Source of the DNA: Octopus vulgaris | Lineage: Eukaryota | Length of the DNA stretch: 64,000 nt | Assembly (NCBI GenBank): GCA_951406725.2 | Contig: OX597826.1 | Span: 80,042,001 to 80,106,000, forward strand | Direction: 5' to 3' | Shown: piece by piece, positions 1 to 13,355 of the stretch | Position numbering within the stretch: the first letter of the stretch is position 1 | How the letters are laid out: each line of letters begins with the position of its first letter | Notes under the pieces: generated by a model | What the model saw: only the letters and a program-made list of their open reading frames with translations | Told to the model about the DNA's origin: nothing | Databases searched by the model: none | Position numbers and translations under genes: made by a program

Positions 1-1082
1 TTTTATTTTATCGATCCAGAAAATTGATTTTGGTGATATTCGCAATCAGTACATAAAGAACCAGATAACGCTGCTAAGCAGTTTTAAAAATTCACACAGA
101 ATAAGTTAATGAATATATCGTTACAAAAATGTAATTAAATAATATAAAAAAGTGAAGCACAAAACAAAGAATGTAAGCCACTTCAATGATAAACGAGCAG
201 CGGGTTTGATTGAAAGTACTTTCGAATTGATCTCATGTCTGTCCGCCTCCTGATCCTCATATCAAAACCTGGTGCAACCAAATGAGCCAGTCAGGATATT
301 GTTTTACATCGACATGGTAAAAAGCACCAACCTCCATCCGAAAATGTTTGTTTATAGCATGAAAGGAACTCGATACAATTTTCAACAACAGCCGATCTAC
401 TGAATATTCTATCCCGTCGCATGTTTACAGAGCCGTAAGCTTCATGGAATGTAGAGACAGAGAAGTCTTCTTATTTATTTTATTTGGATTCATTGCTTTA
501 TTCTGAATTTTCTCCTGTTCCAACCTGTTCAGGTTCCATTTACCTCTTATTCCCTCGATTTCATAAGTGGCGCTCGTATAGAAGATGCATAAAGTTTCTT
601 CGCTATTGACTTCCTGATCCGTTTTCTCATAGTTGACATCTAGAGAAGGTTTCGAGGATTCACAGATCTATAAAAGGTAGTATTTTGAAATAAGCAGCCT
701 CTGGGTCTGGTGTCTATCAGCCTCTCTACGGTGTTCTCCTTCTCTCCTTTGCGTTTCCAGCCTCTGAGACCTGAAAGCCCCCAGGAGACTTTTACAATTA
801 GATGTGTAAAAAATAAGCTTTGTGTTCTCCATAATACCAGCCATTTCTTCTTCCAGTTCTTTTCCAAAGTGGAGTCTAGATGCAAAAAAAACGGTTCTGT
901 GGTTTACAGAAACCATTGCACATCTCCACTTAGATTCCACTCGAGCACATGCCATTTATGGTCAGCCTCATCGGCTTTAACAACCTGAATGAGCTGTAAA
1001 TTAAATGGTATCATTAACCAAATGTCTCCGTACAAACAAATGTAGCTGGTGCGGAATCTTGTGTTACTTTGGCCTCTTTACG

Positions 1083-1300
1083 TTTTTACTCTTTTACTTG
1101 TTTCAGTCATTTGACTGTGGCCATGCTGGAGCACCGCCTTTTTAGTCGAGCAAATCGACCGCAGTACTTATTCTTTGTAAGCCTAGTACTTATTTTATCG
1201 GTCTCTTTTGCTGAACCGCTAAGTTACGGGGACGTAAACACACCAGCATCAGTTATCAAGCGCTGTTGGGGAGACAAATACAGACACGCAAACATATACG

Positions 1301-1368
<68 letters not shown>

Positions 1369-1490
1369 CACGACAGGCTTCCTTAAGTTTCCGTCTACCA
1401 AATCCACTCACAAGGCTTTGTTCGGCCCGAGGCTATAGTAGAAGACACTTACCCATGGTGCCACTTACCACACAACCACTCCTACGCCTA
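1083..1490 (-). mobile_element. Second tRNA-derived SINE family with internal (TA)n/(CA)n
   Basis: Shares CAGTCA..TGACTG.GGCCATGCTGGAG...GAACCGCTAAGTTACGGGGACGTAAACACACC-[microsatellite]-ACGAC.GGCTT...CCAAATCCACTCACAAGGCTTTG with several other copies in the window. Confidence 0.85.
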
Positions 1491-2549
1491 TATATTATGG
1501 CAGTAGATGTGGTCATATATGTGACAAAAAAAATTTGGTTTCGATCCCAAATACCAGTTGCACAACCATATACCTTATCCATTTCATGGAAAATACATCG
1601 CCATTCAAATGAAGCTGGAACTTAACGTGACCGCTCCTTCAGATACTCGGCAACCCTCCACTTTTCGAGAAGACATATATTAATTATTGTTTTGCTCTTT
1701 CTTTGATCAAATTAAGATATAAATATTCCATATCGTTTTTTTTTCTTATGAAAGCCGCTCCATTATTGTCAGCCGTCACAATCAGGTGAACAAGTCTTAG
1801 TAACTAAGCTTTCATTAAATCGTTTAAGAGTATATCTATTCGCGAGCAGAAAAAACGACTTCTTCTTGATTTACACTGAAGCCAACAGAATGTCGAAGAT
1901 GGGAAAATTCGAAGGAGAGGAGAATGAAGGAACACCTTGCTATTCATTACCGCTGAATATACGGAAGCAATGTGAATGAAGAGCCTTGCTCAAGCCCAAA
2001 ACTATTCACCTGGTCTTCGACTTGAATCCACCTTATTTATCTTTTAACTTTTATCATTTTGCTTGTTTCAGTCATTAGACTGCGGCACTTTGAAGAATTT
2101 TTAGTCGAATGACTCGACCACTGTACTTATTATTTGCAAAGCCTGGTACATGCTCCATCAGTCCCTTTAGCCGAACCGCTATGTCACGTGACACAGACGC
2201 ACCAACGCCAGTTGTTAATCGGTGGTACTGGACAAAGACAGGCACAAACACATGCACGTGCACGTGCACGAATACACGCGCGCAGACAGACACATGTATG
2301 TGTGTGTGTTTGCATCTGTGCTCGTGTCTGTGTGTGCGTTTGCATCTGTGCTTGTGCCTGTATGTGTGTTTGTGTCTGTGTATGTCCCACCACCACCACC
2401 ACCACTTCACATCCGATAAAATAAGTATAAGGCTTAAAATGCATGTACTAAGGTTGATTCATTCAACTAAAATATTCTTGAAGTCGCTGCACCAGCATGG
2501 CCGCAGTCTGATAACTGAAACAAATAAAAGATTAAAGCTAAACGATAAT

Positions 2550-2946
2550 CCTTTCTACTCTAGGTACAAGGTCTGAAATTTTGGGCGAGGGGGCCAGTCG
2601 ATTCGATCGACCCCAGTACGCAACTGGTACTTAATTCATCGACTCCGAAAGGATGAAAGGCAAAGTAGACCTCTGCGGAATTTGAAACCAGAACGTAAAG
2701 ACAGGCGAAATACCTATTTCTTTACTACCCATAAGGGACTAAACACAGAGAGGACAAACAAGGACAGACAAAGGGATTAAGTCGATTATATTGACCCCAG
2801 TGCGTAACTGGTACTTATTTAATCGATCGCGAAAGGATGAAAGGCAAAGTCTACCTCGGCGGAATTTGAACTCAGAACGTAGCGGCAAACAAAATACCGA
2901 CAAGCATTTCGCCCGACGTGCTAACGATTTTGCCTGCTTCCCCACC
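2550..2946 (-). mobile_element. Same SINE family, dimeric form
   Basis: Two core copies separated by the CTACCCA.AAGGG spacer; A-box-like head at the right end. Confidence 0.85.
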
Positions 2947-3510
2947 TTTAAAGCTAAACGGTGATGCCTACAGCTACACAAAGAGTATTTGCACACGGCA
3001 CGGAATTGACGTATAATGTGAATGCGCGCGCAGGTGTGTATGTGTATGCAAGTTTGAGTTCATGAATGCACCTCTGTGCATACCTAAACGGACGGGTAGG
3101 TGTGTCACATAAGTCGTTAGGCTTCTCTCAAACAACATAAATACATAACAACAGTGAAATAATTTCTTTATTCACGTGTTTTATTTACATAACCAAACGA
3201 AAGAAAGTGGATCTCTTTTATTTGTTGATTCCAAACACAGAAAGACTGCAGCGTATATGCAGTCTTATATTATCTACGCACCAGCAGTGCCACCACGGTT
3301 GTAACAACAAGGCAGAATTCCTCCCTAAATAGGCAGCATTAAGAAAGAAAAATAAACAATCCAAGAGGGACACGTGAAACATTGTAATAAAATAAAAGTG
3401 GAAGGCAATGCAAGCGTGTATGTTTGATATATTAATGGCCTTGTGTGTGTATAACATATATATAAATATATGTACGAATATGTGTATATGTATATAAGTA
3501 TATGCATACA

Positions 3511-3573
<63 letters not shown>

Positions 3574-3850
3574 ACAATTGAGGGTAAAATTAATTAATTA
3601 ATCAATTTCACCAAGTGTTCAGTATGTAAAAGGACCATTTAAGGCGAATTCAAAATATTACATTATATAATTAGGGCTTAGTAAAATAAATTACTTTGCC
3701 ACATACTGAACTTAGTAGAAATAGCAGCCAAAAAAATTTTCTTAGCATTTCTACTACTTAAAAGAAAATTTCTCTCAGATAATGTTTACTCCAGACAGCC
3801 CACGAAGGTTTGGAGGTAAATACAGAAAAATATCACAAGTACATAGATCG

Positions 3851-3913
3851 TTTGAGTACGTCAACGTTTCAAGATTAGCCAAATAAAATCAGCATTTCTT
3901 TCGTCAGCTCAAA
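3851..3913 (-). ncRNA. Type I hammerhead ribozyme (inverted-arm copy)
   Basis: Exact reverse complement of 4318-4380. Confidence 0.9.
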
Positions 3914-4317
3914 ATTTCTTAATTTGGATTTGGAAACACTAAAAAGAAGGAACTTTACCTATCCGCGAACTTGTCGCTTCAGATGAATCACTCCAACTAA
4001 CAGTATCAACAAATTCAAAATGCGCAGGCGTAAATCTCTGCAATCCCCTTCCACCACGTGGTCTATCTAGCAAACATTATATTTTAACCGCGAGAACCGA
4101 GGCAGTATGACCGAGAGAAATGAATTATAATATCAACAATTGAGGGTAAAATTAATTAATTAATCAATTTCACCAAGTGGAAGGGGATTGCAGAGATTTA
4201 CGCCTGCGCATTTTGAATTTGTTGATACTGTTAGTTGGAGTGATTCATCTGAAGCGACAAGTTCGCGGATAGGTAAAGTTCCTTCTTTTTAGTGTTTCCA
4301 AATCCAAATTAAGAAAT

Positions 4318-4380
4318 TTTGAGCTGACGAAAGAAATGCTGATTTTATTTGGCTAATCTTGAAACGTTGACGTACTCAAA
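4318..4380 (+). ncRNA. Type I hammerhead ribozyme
   Basis: TTTGAG-CTGACGA-AAGA...TCTT-GAAA-CG TTGA CG-TA-CTCAAA: 6-bp stem I, intact CUGANGA and GAAA core, stems II and III, GUA cleavage triplet (4372-4374). Confidence 0.9.
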
Positions 4381-4557
4381 CGATCTATGTACTTGTGATA
4401 TTTTTCTGTATTTACCTCCAAACCTTCGTGGGCTGTCTGGAGTAAACATTATCTGAAGAAATTTTCTTTTAAGTAGTAGAAATGCTAAGAAAATTTTTTT
4501 TGGCTGCTATTTCTACTAAGTTCAGTATGTGGCAAAGTAATTTATTTTACTAAGCCC

Positions 4558-4628
<71 letters not shown>

Positions 4629-4633
4629 GTACA

Positions 4634-4692
<59 letters not shown>

Positions 4693-4908
4693 GTTTTTAG
4701 AGCGGTGCAGTTCACTTGAAGCATTATAATATCGGAGAATGTAAAAAGAAGGAAAATAGAAAACCTCTGACAATGTGGAAAGTTTATATTTTAGGCGCAA
4801 AGGCCCATCTTCAGAAGAAAAACTATTTGGGGACCTGAGATATAAAGGTTTTATAAAACCTTCCTCATTGTCAATAACTTTTTATTCTCTCTCTTTTTAC
4901 TTTCATTC

Positions 4909-4944
<36 letters not shown>

Positions 4945-4979
4945 GTGTGTGTGTGTATGTGTGTGTGTATATATATATG

Positions 4980-5070
<91 letters not shown>

Positions 5071-5098
5071 GATACATAGATAGATAGAAAGATAGATA

Positions 5099-6177
5099 TT
5101 AGCTTGAGTAAAAAGTAAGCAACATTATGAACCATGGATAATTTGTACTGGGAATTTGCAGAGTTTTGATTTTTTTTAAACAATTTTTTTTGCTATAGTC
5201 TGATAATACAGACGTAGACTTTCCCAAATGCATCAAAAAATTAACATTGAAATTTTTTTCACCGTTGTTACAATCATCTGAAATGGATGTAAAGAAGCTG
5301 AAACTGCGATATCAACGATATCAACCAGTGAGTGGTCAGAAAATGATTTAAATGATTTCACAGTGGAAATCTGAGTCTCGAAGATAGCGAGCGTAGTGGA
5401 GGCCAATGTGTCATTGATGACGGTCGATTAAAGACAGTCGTTGAGAAATATCCACGTAAAACCCCTCGAGGACTGACAACAGACCTTCATGTCAGCCAGA
5501 AAATTGCCTGAAATCATTTGCATGCGATTGGAAATTGAAAAAAGCTTGACAAATTGGTACCACACGATTTGAAAGAAAATCAGAAAATGTGCAGATATGA
5601 AGTTTGGTCATCGCTTCTTCTCCGTGACCAGACTCTCTCCCTGTTTATTTCCCTAAACCTGAAATCTTGAAAAAGAAGGTTATGGTGACTCTTTGGTGGT
5701 GTACTGCTGGTGTCATCCACAATAACTTCTTAAAACTGGAAAAACCGTTACTGCAGGAGCATTGCCAAAATGAAGGAAAAACTGATACTCCTCCGTTCCA
5801 GACTGGTCAACAGAAGAAGCTCGATCATTCTTCTTGACAATGCTCGACCAAACGTTTCACTAATGACGCTTCAGAAGTTGAGTGAATTTGGCTACGAAGT
5901 TCTTCCTTTCCCTGCTTATTCCCCAAACCTTTCTCCTACCGGCTACCACCCTTTCAACACCTTGATTGTTTCCCGCGAGAGAAGGAGTTCAAAAATCAAA
6001 CCGATGCTGAAAGTTATTTCAAAGAGTTCATCAGCTCCAGAACTCCAGATTATTAACTCGGCAAAAATGTGTTGATTGTAATGGTATTTACTTTAATGAA
6101 TAAAATTTCCGCATTGTTGAAATATATTGTGATGAATTTCATGTTTCAAAACGTTGTTTACTTTTTCCTCAGCCTGA
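5099..6177 (+). mobile_element. Mariner (Tc1/mariner) transposon relic with both TIRs
   Basis: TA-flanked imperfect TIRs (TTAGCTTGAGTAAAAAGTAAGCAAC / revcomp TCAGGCTGAGGAAAAAGTAAACAAC); broken transposase with LVPHDL (WVPHEL), VMVTLWW, LLDNARP and AYSPNLSP (YSPDLAP). Confidence 0.9.
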
Positions 6178-6398
6178 TATACATACGTATGTATGTATGT
6201 ATGTATGTATGTATGTATGTATGTATATATATATATATGTATGTATATATAAGGATGTGTATATGAATAGACAGATATGATTATATATATATCTTATATG
6301 TATATATACCTAGACATCAGGCATATCTATAGATATATTTATATTTATCTATGTATATATTCATATATATGTATACGTACATGCATGTATATGTGTAT

Positions 6399-6459
<61 letters not shown>

Positions 6460-7421
6460 TGCATATACACTCATATACATGCAGAAAGACATGTTCACAG
6501 AAATATTATAATTGTTATTATTCAACTCCAGTCAGATTTGGTATTTTGTTTTACATAAGAAATGTATACAGAGAAAGAGATAGAGAGATAGAGATAAACA
6601 GACAGACAGCCAGAGGTAAAGAGAGAGGGACGGAGAGAAGGTAAGAGCTAAGTTTACAGTGCTCCAAACAGATCATGTTATTCTTCGGTCCTATATCGAG
6701 GAATTTAGTTGGCACACTTTAGATATGGAACCAAGTAGCTCACTGAAATCAATAGCTGTTTGCCGTGTTGAATCTGTTTCTGAAATTATCATAGCTTACG
6801 TTAACCGAGACAACGTTTTCCTTTCTGCTATCCTTTTATCTTTTTCATGTATTTAACGTTGTACAACTTCAACTTGCTCGTCTCATACAAAATTGACATA
6901 TTTAATCGTAAATTGCATCACAGTGATTTCGTTTGAAATTTGAAACGGTTACACTCGGTGCCATTTTTGTAGACAGGCACATAATTAGGAAAAACCAAAG
7001 TACAAGAAAAACGAGACTCTGATAAGATGTAGGTGAAATCCACATGAACCTTGACAACCTCAAATATCATAGGTAAATCTGTTGTCTGTATTGTGAATGC
7101 ACTATAAAACAATAAATCATCCTGCTCAAAGAGAAAACTTGCAGCACGAACCCACGCTTTAACATTCGGTCCCTCATGCCAAAACCAGTAGGCAGTGTGT
7201 CATATATATGAATATGTGCATGTGTTTGCGTTCGCATGCTCGTGTCTCCATACACACATGTGTGCTTGGGCGAATGCATATATAAATTTGGGTATACGTG
7301 GATATATATATATATATACGTATATATAAAAAAAATTGTACAATAAATTTAAGTTGGATGTGAATGTAAAAACGACATAAACTGCGGTAAATCGCTCCAA
7401 GAAATTTCGTATATATATATG

Positions 7422-7489
<68 letters not shown>

Positions 7490-7835
7490 CACACACACAC
7501 ACACATGTATATAAACATACACACACATATATGCATGTATGTATGTATAGTCAATTCTCATGTTTCCGTACAATTTTTGTGAACGCAGAATAGGGTTTCC
7601 TGGTCACTGCCAAAGTGTTAAGCAACACGTCATATCAGATGTAATACTATGGAGGCTGCCCAAGAATAACGGAGGATGTGAACCGCCTAATTAGTAGTGG
7701 TAATTAGTTGAGACCTACAAGAACTGAAGACTTACCGAAGCTAACGAGGGGGAGAGAGAGGAACGTTATTGGTGCGGCACGTATGATATCTTTTACTTAT
7801 ATACATATATATAAATATGCATACGTATATACATG

Positions 7836-7881
<46 letters not shown>

Positions 7882-8141
7882 CATCGTCTGAAGAAGATGC
7901 CTTATGAAAGCTCATATAACTACCAAAACTTGTGTAACAAATGCATTGCAAACATCAATATTTTACCTCTATTCTGATATTAGTGGACTATTTTCCGTAA
8001 AGGTTTATCCTGGCCTTACATTGATAATACATTTGAAGACAACAGGAATATAGGAATATGATTTTTAACCGGACTGCGAGTAGAAAAATTTGAAAAACCG
8101 TATTGCATCATAGGAAAGCATAATATGTATATATATATATA

Positions 8142-8291
8142 TATACATAATTTACAAGATAAGAGCAGAACAAATTTTTCTTCTGCCCTTATCTTGTAAA
8201 TTATGTATAAATTTTACCTTTAAAAGCATTTTTTGATATGCTGGCCATTGATAACATTTTTTTCCCGAAAAACAAAAAATTATCATATATC

Positions 8292-8295
<4 letters not shown>
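8142..8295. mobile_element. Minimal foldback element (29-bp arms plus right-hand tail) in (TA)n
   Basis: Hairpin 8142-8209 (TATACATAATTTACAAGATAAGAGCAGAA / TTCTGCCCTTATCTTGTAAATTATGTATA); tail motif ATGCTGGCCATTG resembles the 59.5 kb element tail. Confidence 0.55.
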
Positions 8296-8355
<60 letters not shown>

Positions 8356-9040
8356 GTATGCACATGTATAGAGACATACATATGTATATATACATACACA
8401 TACATATATATATATATATATATACGCATATACACACATATATATAGGAATAGAGGATTCAGTGCTACTTCTGCGCATGCGTATTTTGTGCATGGGTAGA
8501 TATAAATGTAGGTGTTGCTGGTATATGTATCCATAAAAAGAAGTGAATATTTATTATTTTTGCACCCTATGATATTAAGTGTTGTCCAAATACGTCAAAG
8601 TCTGTTTTACAGATAGGGAAACTGTCAAATTGTCAAACATCTTACGAGCTTGCACTGCCGGGTTTCAATTATTTTGCACATAAAGCGTTGTGATTAGAAC
8701 GGGACTCAATATATCATTGCAAAATATTTCGGACGTATAATGTAATGACGAGCTCTTACACAGTTCCTCAGATTATTGGACTGTGTATGCATATATACAA
8801 ATGGACAATATGGACAATATGCAGGTAAAAATGTATATATATATATATATGTATGGATATATATATATATGTATATGTATATATATAATATATATATATA
8901 TATATATGGATGCGTGTATTTTACAATTGACACGAAAAAATAAATTAACAGTTACCAGGGCAGCAAAAAATTACACAAGTAATAAGGATGTAACCCCCGT
9001 TCGTAAAGGTAGAAACTCTGGGTTGATGTGAAATATTTTG

Positions 9041-9096
<56 letters not shown>

Positions 9097-9201
9097 GAAA
9101 ATAAACGCACTTTCTTTCTTTTGGAATAATACCAATGTTATCTTCGAAACATATGTCGGAAGTAAAGAGTTTGAATAACACCTGCGTTTAACTCCATTTT
9201 A

Positions 9202-9280
<79 letters not shown>

Positions 9281-9612
9281 TTACTTGCATATGTGTATAG
9301 GTATAAAATATTTATTTAAAAATTTAGAAACATTTATAGCAAAGCTGCAAATTTGTGATTCTCTTTCAGGTTTTTTGTTTTTGTTTTTGAGGCAGAAAAT
9401 TTTTAAGAAATTAAAGGAAGCAAAAATATATTCCGATTTATTTTGTTCGAAGGTGATTTTTGACGGTATAAGTACCATAATTTTTTTTTGAATTTTTCAT
9501 ATATTTTGCAGAATGTGCCAATATTAGCAGAATAAAATTGTAGTAAGGTGCCCAGAAGAATAGCTCATACAAATATAGATTATGTATAATTTACAATATA
9601 CATATATACATG

Positions 9613-9644
<32 letters not shown>

Positions 9645-9658
9645 TATATGTATATATA

Positions 9659-9701
<43 letters not shown>

Positions 9702-9877
9702 ATAAATATTAGGGAATAAATCCAAATTTACAGGGAAAAAAATCAGATTTAGGATTAAATCCAATTTTATAGTAAAATATTATAAAATATTATTAGAGAC
9801 AAAACCACTATTTTGCAAAACAAACAAGGAAAGACTTAATCAATACATAAAATTTTAATAAATAGTCAAAAAAACCG

Positions 9878-9920
9878 CCACTACAATTGTTTCTTGTCTT
9901 GATCGACAATCTTCAGGTGG
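9878..9920 (-). ncRNA. Minimal type I hammerhead ribozyme
   Basis: Minus strand CCAC-CTGAAGA-TTGTC gatcaa GACAA-GAAAC-AATT-GTA-GTGG; palindromic stem III region (ACAATTGT) as in PLE minimal hammerheads. Confidence 0.85.
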
Positions 9921-9974
9921 ACTTCCAATAAGTCAGTTTCAAATTTCATAATTTGAAACTGACTTATTGGAAGT

Positions 9975-10017
9975 CCACCTGAAAATTGTCGATCAAGACA
10001 AGAAACAATTGTAGTGG
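9975..10017 (+). ncRNA. Minimal hammerhead, G8>A core mutant
   Basis: Same fold, but CTGAAAA (A at 9984) replaces CTGAAGA. Confidence 0.75.
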
Positions 10018-10104
10018 CGGTTTTTTTGACTATTTATTAAAATTTTATGTATTGATTAAGTCTTTCCTTGTTTGTTTTGCAAAATAGTGGTTTTGTCTCT
10101 AATA

Positions 10105-10271
<167 letters not shown>

Positions 10272-10642
10272 GTACAAACACGTACACACATATGTGTGTA
10301 TGTATAGATATATGTACGCATGTATTTACAAATACAGATACATATATTGTATTGTTATTTTTATGCATATCTCTATAAAATATATTTTCATGCAACTGTG
10401 TATCAGCGTTTTTGGTAGGCATTTTGCGTGTATCCATTTCGCGTTGAATGCTTTTTTGTGAATGGCTGCATGTGTAAAATCAGACCATTAAAAAAACACA
10501 TGTTGTGATTGAACTATGCTCAGATGAACGCACTTAAATATTTTTTTAGTCTTTTTATTGTTTTCGCATGAGCACATCTAGGAAAATATGTCCGTATACA
10601 CACATAAACATAGAAGCATAATGATATAACCAGATATATATA

Positions 10643-10678
<36 letters not shown>

Positions 10679-11327
10679 TGTGTCTTAATGCTGTTTAGTA
10701 ATGATGACTTTCTCTTCTGGTTAGTAGAACAAATGCATATCCAGTGGAAATAACAAACATAGAAACAAAAGTAAAGGAAAATGGTTGGGACAAAACTATA
10801 AAAAAATGCACAGTTTGATGCGTTGAGTTTACAACACGTTTGACTGGGGTTAAAGGAATAATAACTGACGTTTCGAAGTGTTTTCATTTGTCAAAATAAA
10901 AGTGAGTGGAGAGTAGAAAATTAGCTGAGGACGTAAGAGGTAATTGTTTTAATAATGCTTACATGGTAGCTAGTGTCATGTGCTTCCAATACGTACACGC
11001 AGACGCAAACACAAGCACACAGACGCACACATAGGCACACGTATACACGTGTATAATTTTTTTTGTAAACCATGAATTCTTGAGTTCTTAAAATTTCTTC
11101 GTCTTTAGAGCACGTGTCAGAATTGTCAAATATCAATTGGAAACAGATCCATGTGAGAACGGGAGATATTCTCCAGAATCGAGAATTATCCCCAATTCAC
11201 CTGCTAGTCAATAAAAAGACAGGCTTATTGTCTGATAAGACATTCATTATTGATCTGAGTGATTTTTCGTAACTTACTTTTGCATGCCCACGCACACACA
11301 TACACACATACACTTATCTCTCTCTCT

Positions 11328-11382
<55 letters not shown>

Positions 11383-11516
11383 TATATATGTATATATGTA
11401 TGTATATATGTATGTATGTATGTATATATATATATGTATATATGTATATATATATATATGTATATATATATATACATACATATATATACATGTATATATA
11501 TATATATATATATATG

Positions 11517-11608
<92 letters not shown>

Positions 11609-12028
11609 TAAATATGCATATTATTTCAGCCAAGAGCTGAGATCGATTGATCAAAATTAAAATCTTCCATATAAACTATTTCTTATAATTATTTGGGATC
11701 GATATATGTCATACAACAAATGATATGACATAATATCAAACGGGAAAGAAATTTCTTGTCTATCTGCACGGATCTCACGTTGACATGAGGTGACATGAAG
11801 GTAAGTCAACAAATTCTGATAAGTAAAATTCTTTCTGCGTACACTATCGCCGAGGAAATCAAGGGTTGACGTGCGCATGTGCAAGTGCGCATGCATTTAC
11901 TTATATGCATGTATTTAGCATCACAATTTATATCAGGAAAGGTCATTCGTCCTCAAACTTTCGTATACACGCAAGTATCACAAATAAAAGATCATGCATG
12001 TGCTTGTGTGAAAATGCTGTATTTGAGT

Positions 12029-12060
<32 letters not shown>

Positions 12061-12104
12061 AATTATGTATCCCTGTGTATGTGTGCATGTATATATGTAT
12101 ATAC

Positions 12105-12142
<38 letters not shown>

Positions 12143-12194
12143 ATACATATGTATATATATGTATACATATATATACATATGTATATGTGTGTGT

Positions 12195-12239
<45 letters not shown>

Positions 12240-12434
12240 CATACCGATATTGAGATGAATTTATTTCAATATTAATATGGTTTCTTAGAAAATGTCAAAA
12301 ATAATATGAGAATCAAAATTTAGATAAATATATACATCTTTAAAATTTCAAACACTTTAGGTACACTTGAAATATAAATACATATTAGTAAGTGAGAATA
12401 TATATATTTGTATGCGAGTGTATATATTTGTATG

Positions 12435-12487
<53 letters not shown>

Positions 12488-12574
12488 GAATATATGTGTG
12501 TAGGCCTATGCATGTACGTATTTATAAATACATATGTATGTATTTATGTATATACATATATATATATGTTTGTA

Positions 12575-12622
<48 letters not shown>

Positions 12623-12995
12623 GTATGTAGACATAATATTCATGTGCCTATGCAGTTATATATACTTATATTTTTCTTTTTCACTTTATATTAGTATTTA
12701 TTATCATAAATTAGCATATATGATTATATAAATGCAAAAATTTAGCAATAATATTTTTGAAATAAACAAACTTTATTGTTTTTACACAATATTGGGGATG
12801 CTCATTCATTGATATGTGTTTGGAATCGACAAATCGGAGCCTAAGAGTAAAGGCAGAAAGTTTGAAAACATTTAACACGAAGTCTTTTAAATTAAGAAAT
12901 TGATTATAACTCTGTATAGTCATGATGACTAGAGAATCATTTTGCTAGCTTGGACTCCATTATTTGGAGAAACATAGAAGTATATATATATATAT

Positions 12996-13070
<75 letters not shown>

Positions 13071-13125
13071 TATACATATATATATATGTATATATATATA
13101 GGTATATATATAGGTATATATATAC

Positions 13126-13160
<35 letters not shown>

Positions 13161-13303
13161 GAGAGAGAGAGAGAGAGAGAGAGATTCATAGATAGATGAT
13201 AGTTGGATATAGATATATGTACATATCTGTATGTGATTCAGTGTATGTTTATGTATGCATGTGTACATTTATGTATACATACATACATACATATATATGT
13301 GTG

Positions 13304-13355
<52 letters not shown>

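Larger units (their letters stand above)
3568..4567. mobile_element. Foldback element (Penelope pLTR/retrozyme-like) inserted in (TA)n
   Basis: Near-identical ~390 bp inverted arms 3664-4054 and 4177-4567; unique left tail 3568-3663; (TA)n on both sides; each arm contains a hammerhead. Confidence 0.85.

Noticed and set aside
640-885. PH-domain exon suggested by NWKKKWLVL
   Set aside because: There is an in-frame stop just upstream, no convincing splice sites and no further PH motif.
10855-10900. GAAACGTC hammerhead half-site on minus
   Set aside because: No CUGANGA box or stem I could be formed.
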